Counted from the first letter of the stretch, positions 10,926 through 24,556 are shown. The stretch is DNA of 62,000 nt from Malacoraja senta (GCA_038087875.1 JAXLNO010000320.1:248001-310000); one strand, 5' to 3'. Translations and numbers: made by a program. The notes: generated by a model not told the origin, from the sequence alone.

Positions 10926-12267
10926 CATGGAATCTGACATGCCACCAGCTAGAAGCATGTCCGCTCAGTTCGCATTAACCAATTCCGAACCCGACCTTTC
11001 TATCCTGGGCCTCCTCCATGGCCAGAGTGAGTCCCACCACAAATTGGAGGAGCAGCACCTCATATTTCGCCTGGGTAGTTTACACCCCAGCGGTATGAAC
11101 ATTGACTTCTCCAATTTTAGGTAGTCCTTGCTTTCTCTCTCCTTCCCCTCCCCTTCCCAGCTCTCCCACAGCCTACTGTCTCCGCCTCTTCCTTTCTTTT
11201 TCCCGCCCACCCCCCCCCATCAGTCTGAAGAAGGGTCTCGACCTGAAACGTCGCCTATTCCTTCGCTCCATAGATGCTGCCTCACCCGCTGAGTTTCTCC
11301 AGCATTTTTGTCTACCTTCGATTTTTCCAGCATCTGCAGTTCTTTCTTAAACATTTGTAATCCACTGGTTGGAGAGTGTTTTGCAATGTTCTGAGGATGT
11401 GATCTATACAGGATCATCTTTCGATTAATGATCAGATGGCTTATTTCTCTTCCCCAGTTCAGGTCCGTGTTCATTTCTCCTCGGCTACCCTCACCCACGT
11501 GCATGGGAGGATTCAGTAAACAAGAAGCAATAAGGGCTACTCACTGAACTCTGGCCATTCCTTGTGTAGGAACTGCGGATGCTGGTATTCCTTCTCTATA
11601 GAAATGCTGCCTGTCCCGCTGAGTTACTCCAGCATTTTGTTTCTACTGGCCATTGCTTATTACCATGGCCCACTGTTTCCCTCCACTGGACCCATTGCAA
11701 ACTGCAGGAAGGAGAAAGCATTTTCAATTGGTCAGAGACACTAATTGGCAGAGTTATAAATTGACCATGAGTCAGTCTGGTCAAGCTTCTTGCCGTTTTT
11801 AAATGGATCAGACCTTGCCCTTTGCATTAAATGCACACTTTCTTCCCACTGACAATGTTCGACTGAATACTTTCCCATGACGACTCAGTAATTCTTTTGG
11901 CCTCACACTCAAGTCTTGGCACAAACACAATAGAAAGTCAGCCAAGAACAGTTAATATCTCCAGAATTAATGGGGTGGGTCAGATGGTTTTAGTAAAGGT
12001 CTTGTGTCTCCATACAATATAACTCTGGTAATTGGCACACTCTGGACTTTAGGAGAATCACACAGAAGATACAGAGGTCGGTCAATTAAAACTGAGATGC
12101 GTGTAAATTTCCTCTGAGGTTTGTGAATCTCTGGAATTCTCTGCCCCTGAGGTGGGAGGGGAGGGATTGGGGTGGGTATGCCAGATCATTAGATTTAGTT
12201 ATGGTGGAGATAGATAAATGTTTGAAAGATTGAGGAATTAAGGCTTTCAGGGGACTGGCACAGAAGA

Positions 12268-12569
12268 GGGCAGCACAGTGGCACAGCAGTAGAGTTGTTG
12301 ATTTATAGCACCACCAGTGATCAAGCTTTGATCCTGACTACGGGTGCTGTCTGTATGGAGTTTGTATATTCTCCCTGTGACCACATGAGTTTTCTCCAGG
12401 GGCTCTGGTTTCCTCCCACACTCCAAAGACCTACAGATTTGTGGGTTAATTGGCTTCGGAAAAATTGTAAATTGTCCCTAGTGCTAGTGTACGGGTGATC
12501 GGTGGTCGGCCCGGACTCAGTTGTTCAAAGGGCCCGTTTCTGTGCAGTATCAGTAAAGTCTAAAGTAAA
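12268..12569 (+). mobile_element. tRNA-derived V-SINE (HE1-like)
   Basis: A/B-box-like head GCACAGTGGCACAGCAGTAG...GATCC and V-domain GGAGTTTGTATATTCTCCCTGTG...GGTTTCCTCCCACA. Confidence 0.8.
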
Positions 12570-13351
12570 GGAGTTGAAGTAGCTTAAGTTCAATGATCAT
12601 ATTGAACAGTGGGACAGGTTTAATGAGGTCCATTGGCCTACTCCTACCATCTTGTGTTTGGTTGAGCTGGACTGACAGATTTCCAAGACAGCTGGATGTT
12701 ATTCCTATTAATACCCATCACTCTTTTAATTCACTACTATTTATTATGTTGTTACATGGTATTATAATAATTTTTGCAGCATATCACTTTTAAATGGATC
12801 ATAGGAACCAGGCCCATATGAGCGTGAAGGGCAAACATCACCAACTGAGCGAGATGCGAAACCATCGGGCGTTCTGAATAATTGGGTTGCCAAGTCGGAT
12901 TTTGCTGCATTACCACCTTGCACCACATCACAAGAGTGTTGAGTGGTTTATTGCCATATGCACAAGTACGGTGAGGTACAGGTACAATGAAAATCTTGCT
13001 TGCAACAGTATCACAGACAATACATGAACATAAATCATACACAAATTAACATAAAATTCTGTGAGTGAAAAGATAGAGACTATAAAAGACATTAGCACTA
13101 AGATACACAATTAAAAAACAAGTAGTTCAAGAGGTGATCTATACTGTTCCACTGCTGAAGTTGATTAGTGTTGTGCAGTCCAGTTAAAGACCCTGATCGT
13201 CGTAAGAAAGTCGCTATTTCTGAACGTGGAGATGTAGGACTTCAGGCTTCTGTATCTTCTGCCTGATGGTAGCAGCTGGAAGAGGATATGGTCTGGATAG
13301 TGGGGATCCTTGATAGGTACAGCCCACTTGAGGCAGCGCCACATGTGCATA

Positions 13352-13805
13352 CAACAGACAATAGGTGCAGGAGTAGGCCATTCGGCCCTTCGAGCCAGCA
13401 CCGCCATTTAATGTGATCATGGCTGATCTTCCCCAATCAGTACCCCATTCCCGCCTTCTCCCCATATCCCCTGACTACGCTATCTTTAAGAGCCCTATCT
13501 AGCTCTCTCTTGAAAGTATTCAGAGAACCGGCCTCCACCGCCTTCTGACGCGGAGAATTCCACAGACTCACAACTCTCTGTGAGAAAAAGTGTTTCCTCG
13601 TCTCCGTTCTAAATAGCTTACCCATTATTCTGAAACTGTGGCCCCTGGTTCTGGACTCCCCCAACATCGGGAACATGTTTCCTGCCTCTAGCGTGTCCAA
13701 ACCCTTAATATCTTATGTATTTCAATAAGATCCCTTCTCATCCTTCTAAAATCCAGAGTATACAAGCCCAGCCGCTCCATTCTCTCAGCATACGACAGTC
13801 CTGCC
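13352..13805 (-). mobile_element. CR1 LINE 3' fragment, nested in a Rex-like fragment (about 12940-13345 and 15090-15350)
   Basis: LGESRTRGHSFRI...RKHFFSQRVVSLWNS, the CR1 ORF2 C-terminus, plus the shared 3' UTR. Confidence 0.85.
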
Positions 13806-14490
<685 letters not shown>

Positions 14491-14702
14491 TTGTACTCGA
14501 CTAAGTGGGAGCAGTTGGGTCCCATGTTCACACGGGAGGGCTGGTCCCCCAACGCAATATTCCACCTCTCCACCAATTCCAATATTGGTGGCCAGTTGGG
14601 GGGGGGGGGGGGCTTTCTGGAGCGATAGTATGGGTGTTGTGGGCCGAAGGGACTGGTTTCCAGAGGGCTAGAATGGACATTGTGGGCCAAATGGATTCTT
14701 GT

Positions 14703-14895
14703 GCTGGCAGCTCAGTCACTCAGGCCTGGTGGGCTGGCAGCTCAATCACTCAGGCCAGGTGGGCTGGCAGCTCAGTCACTCAGGCCAGGTGGGCCTGGCA
14801 GCTCAGTCACTCAGGCCTGGTGGGCTGGCAGCTCAGTCACTCAGGCCTGGTGGGCTGGCAGCTCAGTCACTCAGGCCTGGGGGGCTGGCAGCTCA
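14703..14895. repeat. 30-bp minisatellite, about 6.4 copies
   Basis: Unit GCTGGCAGCTCAGTCACTCAGGCCTGGTGG repeated head to tail. Confidence 0.95.
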
Positions 14896-17800
14896 GAAAC
14901 TTCCAGAAATTCTGCCAAAAACAGGTGAGAGACTCTGTGTGTGAGAGAAGGGAGGGTGCAGAATCAATTTTAGACATTTTTCATCTTTTTCTGCAGATCA
15001 CAGCAATGAAGGAGGAAAGTCTATCATGGCCTGGATCTCACAGGGAGTCAATGAAGGGAGGGAGACTACTGGGGTGAGGTTTGATGGATACATTTGATGG
15101 AGGTTGAGAGTTGTGCCCATGATGGACTGGGCTGAGTCCACCACTCTATGCAATCTTTCATTTTCATGCGGTGGAATTGCCATACCAGGCTATGATCCAA
15201 CTACTCAGGATATTACCTGCAGTGCATTTGTAGAAGTTGGTTATAGTATGCCAAATCTCTTTAAACTTCTAATAAAATAAAGGTGCTAGTGCAATTTCTT
15301 TGTGAGTACATCTAGGTGCTGGGACCACGATTTTGAAGCTGCTAACTCTTGCCACCCCCCCCCCCCAATGAAAGCTGACACAGTTGGCAGCTGCCTTTTG
15401 AAGTGCTGTTATTGTTAAATGCCAAGAGTGCACAGTAAGCCAGTAAGCTCCCACAAACATCTGCACTGCTGAGCAGCTTGACATCTGCCTCCCATGAACA
15501 AGGAAGGCCATCGGAGTCTCTTCCAGAGGATCCACTTTACTTCATCCCAATGGTACCAATGGATACTCCTCTCCAGTGGTCAATTAACCTCCTTCCATCC
15601 CACTCTACCCAGCACCCCACACAAGGACTGCCTCCTCCTATGTGTAAGTTGAAGTATAATTTGATCAACACTTTCATGAGGACGAGTTGGACAACTTCTG
15701 TAAATTCTCCGTCATTTGTTAATGATGTAGACAAGTTTCAGTTTACACACTTTATTGCACAATCAAGTTTAACAACGGCGACAACTGCTTTCCTCTTTAA
15801 GCAGATGTTATTTTCCCCATGAGTACATTCGAGTTAGCTTCAGTCACTTAATGGTCAGACAGGTTGATTGACTATTGTTCATGATAACAACACAAATCTG
15901 ACAACTTCCAGAGAAGTAGCCTGAAGCAGTGAGAGGTCCATGGTGCTCCCTGGGTCCGTACAATTCCTCGATTGCCTGCAGCTCATGCAGTCATCCGTGA
16001 ACGCAGCGTTACACTGTGCACATTCTCACCTAGCTGAGCGAGAACACATTGTGACACAGATGCTTAGAACCAAGATCTGACAAAATGGAGTCTCGTCCAC
16101 ATCACCCATAGTCACCACTAGACCGACACAATGGATATGTTCTTTGTTTCAGCACTTGCAACTCACTCAATGGTACTATCAGACTGCTGCCAGTACAGGT
16201 GCAATGGCATCAGAATAGAGCTCCACTGAGACTTCATAGTACAAAGGTCTCTCACATAAGGACACAAGTGTGTCAGCAAGCAAAATAAGGGGTAGAAAAC
16301 AAAGCTAGTAATATATCTACATGGGGCAATCGTAAAATTACACATTAACCTTTACAATTAAGTTGCAGAAGATATGTATTGATCACATTGTTTAAAGACA
16401 AACATCTAGGCTTGTTGGAGTTGTGAGCATCTGTAGGCTACAGGGACGGCAGGAGATATCATCGCTGAATGGACTGGTTCTAACTTTCATGTGGGGTGTC
16501 GGGTCATTAGTGGGGCTCCTCCACCCACCATATAAGGGGCTTCAGAAATAGAGATCTCTCATTTGCTGCTTCACAGCTGGGTCCCTTGTGTGGATGGACC
16601 ACTGTGTGCATGCAACCAGACAGTGCTGCAATGCCACAATAACACTCAGCACTATCACAATGCAGAAGGGGCTTGGTACAGACAGATCACGAAGCTCGAG
16701 GGATAGGTGGGTTACGGCTACAATGAAGGACCCAAAAACACCACTCACTCCAACTGTCATTGACTTCAAACATAATACTTAATAAATAGAATTGACAAGT
16801 CTAATATCACACACAGCACCTACCGAGAACATTCACATTGACAATAGACCACTTTCACAAGAGTAATGCATTAGAATGGAATACAAACACGAGGTCACGG
16901 TTGCATGGAGATATTTACAATGGTTTGGTTATGAAAGTAAAAAGCTGTCCCCATTTTCACAAACATGGCACTGTGTGCCCACTGGTTTTGCAGGAACAAC
17001 TCTACTGCTGGCATTCTGCTGCTAGATATTTGGCTGGGACACATGTACAAACATCCCACTTAATGCAGTCTTAATTTCTGTATGTTGCCAGGTTTACCAT
17101 GATATGATCATCTGATTTTAAGAAAAAATATTGCACTTATCTAAAATAACAATTGAATTGTGGAAAGCAACAATTGAACTGTCCAATAACCCTGAAATTT
17201 TGAGTTTTGACTGGTGATCTTGGGAGTGATTTCATGATTATTCAACTTGTAAAGCCTGAGCAAATGAAAATTACTCTCATAATTCAGGGTGCTCTCAACA
17301 AGATATGTTGCCAAATGTGAAGCCAATGCTCTGTAAACATTATAACCCAAAGTGAAACAGTTGACCCACGAATACCGGTGATGGGAGCCCTTCAATGCAG
17401 TGACCAGAAGCAGCAGCTTCTGTCACACTGACCCTCAGGCTTTAAGCGGATTGGTGCAGCAAGGGGTATTTTGAGGGCAGTTTCTTCCATATCCAACAGA
17501 CTAGTGTTACACCAGTCAAAGCTTCAACGATTTTTTACACTGAAGTACAAGCCCTACCCTCTTACTGCATCCCCATTGTGGTCGTTGCTTTTCACGACCA
17601 TTTGTCATTCAGTGTCCAGTTAGTGAAGGTTGTCATGCGTTATCTTAAAAGCTCAACTTCAGACAAGATACTGAAGACAATTTTTTTTTATTTTTTTAAC
17701 TCTTTTTCTCCACAAGCAATTCTGAAGGGTGGATTTAAAGATGAGCGATCTTTTGCCGGGAGTTGGGATATCCAGTGGGTGTTAAGCAGCAGCTTGATGC

Positions 17801-18624
17801 CCAAACCGCTGATTTCCCTGAAGCACCTCAAGTAAAATAAATGACCAGGGAGAGAGATAGAGATAGTGGCCCCAACTTCATGCTTTGTACAAATGTGAGA
17901 GCATGACTGGGCCACTTCTATCCAATGTACGACAGGCATCTTTAATTCATGTATTGCAAGCAGGATAATTCTTATTTCAAACCAGTGGATGGGACCATTT
18001 TCTAGTAAGGACCAGTGGTTTTGAGCTTAAGGTGTTACAATGACATTGCAATTCCTTTTTCATATTGGTGGGAACATTGGAATTTTTAAATGGCTAACAG
18101 ATGAAAGCAATTTTTCACACGCACAAACCTCTCCAAGATGGTACACCTTAAAAAAAAGTGAAGCTCACAACCATCTCCTTGATTAAAGATGGTCAAAAGG
18201 ACGTCTCTATGTTCGGAAGATTTGTGTTGAAGGAATTTTACCTGCTCAAAGTTTCAGCTTACACTTCACCTGGCTGGGGAGAACAAAGTTTCTGAGTGAA
18301 TCTTCACCTTCTAATCGTGGTATGAAAGGACAGGCGGACAAAAGTCAGGAGACACGACATCCACTTCATGTAAACAAACGAGCAACTGCTTTCAAGAGAT
18401 TGATCATAACACTGAGCATTACCATTCTTTTTTTTTAAAGGATGTAGAATACTGTGAAAAGAATTGTTACTTGTGCACACTTCTGCTTGACATTTAACTA
18501 TTTTTAACATCATTTATGATAAGCAATGATAGATTCCCTGAGTCAGCCACGCCATTATGTTCAAGGTGCCAGCTGCACTCAAGAGCCAGCATTGATGAAC
18601 TGATCCCCGGCGTGCCAGCAATAG

Positions 18625-19053
18625 CTGCTAAAGAATGGATCGACTGAGCTTATATTGACTGGAATTTGGGATGAGAGGGAATCTTATAGAAACATATAAA
18701 ATTCTTAAGGGATTGGACAGGCTAGATGCAGGAAAAATGTCCCCGATGTTGGGCGAGTCCAGAACCAGGGGTCAAAGTTTAAGAATAAGGGGTAGGCCAT
18801 TTACGACTGAGAAGAGGAAAAACTTTTCCACCCAGAGAGTTATGAATCTGTGGGAGAAAATTCCACAGACGGCAGTGGAGGCCAATTCCCTGGATGTTTT
18901 CAAGAGAGAGCTTTCAAGAGAGAATCAAGAGATTCCATAACGGAATCAAGGGATATGGGGAGAAAGCAGGAACTGATTGTGGATGATCATATTAAATGGC
19001 GGTGCTAGCTCGAAGGGCCGAATGGCATATTCCTGCACCTATTTTCTATGTTT
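18625..19053 (+). mobile_element. CR1 LINE 3' fragment
   Basis: MRGNLIETYKILKGLDRLDAGKM...RTRGQSLRI...FSTQRVMNLW followed by the CR1 3' UTR. Confidence 0.85.
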
Positions 19054-20421
19054 CTAAAACTGGGCTAAGAATGAGATAAGGATAAGTGTAGTTGCTCCTT
19101 GAGACAGAATCTCAACATATATCAGGGTTAGCTGAGGGCAGTAATTGATGTAGAGGATGAATGGGCGTAGCTTGCATTGGCAAACATCAACGAGTCTACA
19201 CCTGAAGTAAAATAGTGCACTTGACGAGAAATATTGTTTTGCTACCTGCATTTAGCTTGAAAAGTGCAAATTAAAAATCAATACTGAAATGATATGAAAA
19301 AACAACTTTTGGAACTGTGCATAACATTGACCAAATTAGATTAAAAGCAAACTTTTCTTTAAGTGATGTTCATAAATGAACCCATTTTGCTTGGAAGTCA
19401 GCTCCCTACAAACAGTGGCATTGTTCCAACCTCATCATGCACAGAAACAGTCTCCCACATCATCAGTGCAGGGTTATCATCTGATAGTGTGCACATTGGA
19501 ATTTAATTTCTCATGGCAACTTAATAAACAACCAATTTAAATAACGTATTAGAAAGACAGAATAGGGATTAGAAATGTGTCCCAAGCATAAGGATGGTTC
19601 TGCTTATTGTACTCCACATCTGAAATTCAGCTCCACTGAAGCCAGAGGTGGACGGCACTCCTGCATTCTGCATCAAGTGCACATGGCCGAGGTCAAATTT
19701 CTAGCGTATTCTCAGTACAGCAAATGAAATATAGTGCTATTTCACCGAACGGCATTTAACTTCCTTACAGAGGGACCAATTCACATGGCTGAAACATCTA
19801 CTACAGACAGGTTTATGATAAGTGTAGACACAGGAGATGCTGGAATCTTGTATAGAACAAAGTGCTGGAGTAGCTCAGCTGGTCAGACTCTAGACTCCAG
19901 TCTGAAGGATCCCAATTCAAAACTTTGCATATCCATGTTCTCCAGAGAGGGTGCCTAACTTGCTGAGTTATTCCAGCACTTTGTGTTCTATTTAAGATAT
20001 GCAAGTCAAAAACATACAGTTAGTACTTTCATCAATGAAAAAGCACAAAACACTGCAGTTAGTCAAGAGTCAAATAGCATCTGTGGAAATAGGAACCGAA
20101 TTAACTTTTCAATTCAATGCCATTCATCATGAACAGTTTCTCTCTCTCTCTCTCCTCAGATACCAGAGATCTCCAACATTTTTAAAATTAGTTCTCCTGC
20201 AGTTTTTTTGCTCTTTGAGTACTGTCACAGTGGACCTGATTTCTACCTCTTCACCGAAGACTGATTAATTCTCCTACTTCTAACTCAGCGCCGGAGATAA
20301 AAATAATACTGCACCATCAGAAACATCTTCGCAGGAATCCAGCTCAGTGGGCAGATGCCGGATCCTGTATAAAAAGGGACGATATGATTGAAGAGCTCCC
20401 TGGAAATACAATATGATGCCT

Positions 20422-20576
20422 TCAGCTGTACACGTTGTCCTGGAAGCCCCACACCTCCAGCATGCTGATCTGGAAAGTTTCCGAGCACAAAGGAAGGTTG
20501 TCAAAGGTGCTGGAGCGTCCAGTCGTGCCACGGTTCAGGTTCTCATCGATGTACAACGCAGGGCAGCCACCACCAC
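20422..20576 (-). CDS. TBC1D24: TBC1D24 last coding exon (TLDc C-terminus)
   Basis: Acceptor CTCTCTACCAG|; [51 protein letters not shown]; 155 nt, phase fits the preceding exon. Confidence 0.95.
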
Positions 20577-21438
20577 CTGGTAGAGAGGCAACACCAACAC
20601 CTTAGTTCCATTGACAAGCTTACGGAGTTGGCTAACTTAGAGACAAAAAAAATCCACAAAGTGCTCAGTTCAGTTTCAGTTTAGTTTATTAATATCAATC
20701 CGGGTGTTCCAGTTTCCCTCAATATCCCAAAGACGTGCGGGTTTGTAGGTTAATTGGCCTCTGAAATGCTGGAGTTACTCAGCGGGTTCCCAGCGAGGGA
20801 CCAGGCCCTCCATAGGCCTGCAGTGAGCAGCAGGAATTAGATAGGAATGTTTTGTAACTTTGTCAGCGCCAAAACGTAGCGACGTTTGTGTACTGCTTAG
20901 GCGAGGTCTGCTACATGAATTTACCGGGTTGCATGCAATTCACTGTACCTAGGTATATGTGACAATAAAGTATCATTATCGTCATCTCTGAAGTAGTTTC
21001 GGGTCGGGACTCTACTTCAAACTGATTGTCATGGGGGGAGAAGCTAGAAGAGAGATGGGGTGGGACAAAGTTCCTTGACTTCTTTTTATAAACCAGAATC
21101 TGCAGTTCTTCAAGTCTAACTTAAAGACAATTTATTTTTGTTTTATGACAATGTGCAAAGAAGGAAGAAATATTACTGATTCATACACATCAATAATTAT
21201 CCCCACTGCTAGAACATACCATATGTAAAATATACTTTATATTAAAGGAATCTATGGAGGAAGCAGAGAAGGGCCACAGATATTATCCTTCCTTTATCTA
21301 ACTACTTTGCCAGTCAAATACGTTTTGATGTACAACCCAGTGAGATCCACGTAGGAATCAGATATTTAAAGATTGGATTTAATTGACAACATTTTATGTG
21401 GCAAAATATACAGTTCATAGCAGCCAGAATTCACTTAC

Positions 21439-21703
21439 CGACTATAATGGATTCTGGACTTCCAGCCATGAACATCGCTGTTGCTTTGGTGGTCAAGTTG
21501 AAGTGACGAGCGGCAAGAAAGGGTGATAACCTGTCTGAGGGGTCTTCGGAGGAAGCAACTAAACCCATGTCCTCGGGTAACACTGCGTCCAGAACACCAG
21601 GCTGCTGAGGGAACTCTGCCATTGTGTCTGAGGTACCTTTAGCTGCTTCCAACTCTGGATGTTTAATGATAACCCATTCATATCGCACCATCTCAGGTTG
21701 CAG
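21439..21703 (-). CDS. TBC1D24: TBC1D24 coding exon (TLDc)
   Basis: [25 protein letters not shown]...[41 protein letters not shown]; 265 nt. Confidence 0.95.
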
Positions 21704-22174
21704 CTAGGAATAACATTAAAAATGGATATATAAGACACAGGCAGAGGATGCACAAGACACAGAATGAGAAAATGAAACAGATTTTGATTTCAGTAACTTC
21801 AAAGGACCTGTCCCCAGACTTGCAGTGGTTGTAATGGATGTCAAGGAGACAACACAAGCAGTTATTTATATAACATTTAATACAGCAAAGCATTCCAAGG
21901 AATTTCACAGAGATGTTGCTAAACAATGGTAGCAAAACAGACTAAATGAATGTACCTTTGGACAAATAAGGCTTGCATGATTTGCCTTTAACAAACCTAT
22001 GCTGGTTTATCTATTGTTCAATGCTTGTCCAAATGATTAGTAACTTTGTCCCATATGCAAATGCAAATCTTTTTCCGGGCCCAGTTTTTGGTCATCTGTT
22101 CTAATAGTTCGTTGTTTAGTTTGCTGTTGAAGTTATGTGCCTTATTTGGCTAGACAGTTACAGTTTAGAAGAAT

Positions 22175-22484
22175 GACGGCACAGTGGAGCGCTGGTAGCG
22201 CTGTTGTCTCAGTGTCAGAGACCCTGGTTCGATCCTGATCTTGGGTGCTCCCTGTGTGGAGTTTGCACGTTTTTCCTGCAACCGCATGGGCTTCCTCCAT
22301 GTGTTCCAGTTTCCCTCAATATCCCAAAGATGTGTGGGTTTGTAGGCTAATTGGCCTCTGTTAATTGCAACTAGTTGGGTAGGGAGTGTATACAAAAGTG
22401 AGATAACATAGAACTAGTGTGAATGGGTGATCAATGGTCGGCATGGACATGGTGCGCTGAAGGGTCTGTTTCCATGCTGTGTCT
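22175..22484 (+). mobile_element. V-SINE (HE1-like)
   Basis: GGCACAGTGG head, GGTTCGATCC B-box and V-domain. Confidence 0.8.
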
Positions 22485-23587
22485 TTCATTGAGAGGGGTG
22501 ACCATGTACAAACATACAAGATCCAAGAGGGACCTGGCAGGACAAACAGGATAGAGGGAGAATTGCAAACAAGGCTACATAGCTACAAAATAAGCAGCTG
22601 GTATTTTAAAACTCAGGTGTACAGAAATATCTCCACTCAGAGGGTAGTGAATCCCTGGAATTCTCAGCCCCAGCAGGCAGTAGAAACCAGATGATCATTA
22701 GGAGTAGATTATGATGATCGTTAAGGAGTAGAGAAATAAATATTTGAAAGGAGGGAAAGAGAAACTGGCACGCAGGAGTTGAGACCATCACAGATCAGCC
22801 ATGATCGTATTGAATGGTGGGGCAGGCCTACTCCTATCTTCTTGCGTAATACTCCTGTGAAGCCCCTTGGTTATTTTGGCACATTAAAAGGTACTGCATT
22901 GACATGTACTTGTATTGTTGTTTCTCCAAAGCATTCTCCTCCTCCTGTAAGAATGCAAATTGTTCTTAGAGGACAAATTAATATAAGGTCTGCTGGGGGA
23001 ACTGAGTTGACCCACTGAGTTCCTCCAGCACTTTGGTTTTTGCACCAGATTACAGCATCCAAAGCCTTCTGTATCTTGACTATAATAGAAAAAAATCTGC
23101 TCCTTTAGTCAAACGTAACTCTAATTTTTAAAACCGAGTTGGAAAGACAAACAATAAGCTGCAGAATATCCAGCCGAATGGACAGCCTTACTGTCATTCC
23201 TGTGCTTAGTTTTGAAGATTAACATAATGTGATAGGTGGGTAGATTTTCCTTAAAAAAAAAACATATCAGAGAATTATAGTAATTCTGTTCCGTGTGAAG
23301 CTAGAAAATTCACATTAGCCCACAAACAACATCTTGTGATTTATAAGTCAAAGGGTAAACAAGTGCAAGAAATAATTTTCTATAAGGACAAGCTGTTCTT
23401 TAGGCACAGTACATTTACTGGGCATTACAAATTACAAATTTGTCTGCAATTCTGCTTTAACAAACACTTTATGTTTGTCATGGTTCCATTAATGTGCCAA
23501 AGCTAGATTAGCATTTACGTCTGCCTTTCAGAAGCAATCAGCCAAAGACAAAGCAGCAATAATCAGAAAGGAAACCACTGGCAGTAC

Positions 23588-23683
23588 CTTGAAGACAAAG
23601 CATTCCCCTGTGCCAAAATAGCTCAACTTATTTCCCCCTCGCCTTCTTTCGATCCAATCTGTTGAAAGGTAGGCTCCACAGAC
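23588..23683 (-). CDS. TBC1D24: TBC1D24 coding exon (TLDc)
   Basis: [45 protein letters not shown]; 96 nt. Confidence 0.95.
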
Positions 23684-24264
23684 CTGTTAAAGCAAGGACA
23701 TGATGACAGATTCAGCCAAGAGCCGACAGCAGGACCCGATTTCTAATTACCTGAATCCAAGTGATGACATAAGCCTGTCTAGCTTCTTCATTAATCCATT
23801 GAGATTTTTTATTCGCGCTGCTCCTGGTATTGATCTGCACTGCATTACCGTAAAACATAGGAGTAGAATTAGGCCATTCACCCAGCGAGTCTACTCCACC
23901 ATTCAATCATGGGTGATCTAATTTTCCCTCTCAAACCCATTCTCCTGCCTTTTTCCAGTAATCTTTGACACCCTCAAGACCCTATCAATCTCCACTTTAA
24001 AACCTTTGTCAGTTCTGGAGCTTTGATTTGTTTTTTCCTTTCACAGATGCTGCCCGACCTGCTCAGTGTTTCCACCATTTTCTGTTTCCTTCCAGACTTC
24101 AAGAATCCTAGTTTTCTGATTTTTATTCCATTCCTGACCAACACTGAGAACAGCCTTTCTACTCTGTCTATGCCCTTCATGATTTGAAATATCTCCAGAT
24201 CTTTTGCAACCTTTTGTTCCAAGGAAAACAACCCAAGCGTTTCCAGTTTATCTGCAGAACTGTT

Positions 24265-24556
24265 GCAGCACAGTGGTGCAGCGGTAGAGTTGCTGCCTTA
24301 CAGTGCTAGAGACCTGGGTTCGATCCAGACTGCGGGTGCTGTCTGTACGGAGTTTGGATGTTCTCCCTGTGACCGCATAGGTTTCCTCCGAGTGCTCCAG
24401 TTTCCTCCCACTCTCCAAAGGTTTGTCGGCTAATTGGCTTGCGTAAAAATTGTAAATAGTCCCATGTGTGTAGGATAGTGCTAGTGGACAGGGCTGATCA
24501 CTGTCAGTGTGGACTCAGTGGGCTGAAGGGCCTGTTTCCACGGTGTATCTCTAAAG
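24265..24556 (+). mobile_element. V-SINE (HE1-like)
   Basis: GCACAGTGGTGCAGCGGTAGAG head, GGTTCGATCC B-box and V-domain. Confidence 0.85.

Larger units (their letters stand above)
3489..10959 (-). mobile_element. Tx1-clade LINE copy 1, 5'-truncated within RT, decayed
   Basis: 12-bp TSD TCCGCTCAGTTC at 3477-3488 and 10960-10971; A-rich tail at 3489; RT motifs NWRPITLLNVDY, SLDQEKAFDRV, GVRQNCPLS, YMDD, then a zf-RVT-like C-terminus; frameshifts and stops. Its 5'-most piece (10936-10959, MLLAGGMS) lies beyond copy 2. Confidence 0.9.
3405..11350 (+). mobile_element. Penelope-like element 3' part (GIY-YIG endonuclease end + terminal repeat), split by a Tx1 insertion at 3489-10959
   Basis: RCQLLYISETRRKLGDRFAQHLRS at 3412-3488 continues after 10972 as LSILGLLHGQSESHHKLEEQHLIFRLGSLHPSGMNIDF; homologous uninterrupted copies at 29941-30660 and 54445-55160. 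Confidence 0.85.

Noticed and set aside
3477..10971. Sequence-specific targeting by the two Tx1 copies
   Set aside because: The two TSDs share no clear motif and neither site is an snRNA gene, so site specificity is not shown by this window.
14703..14895. CRISPR-like 30-bp repeats
   Set aside because: The units are contiguous with no spacers, the context is eukaryotic, and there are no cas genes.
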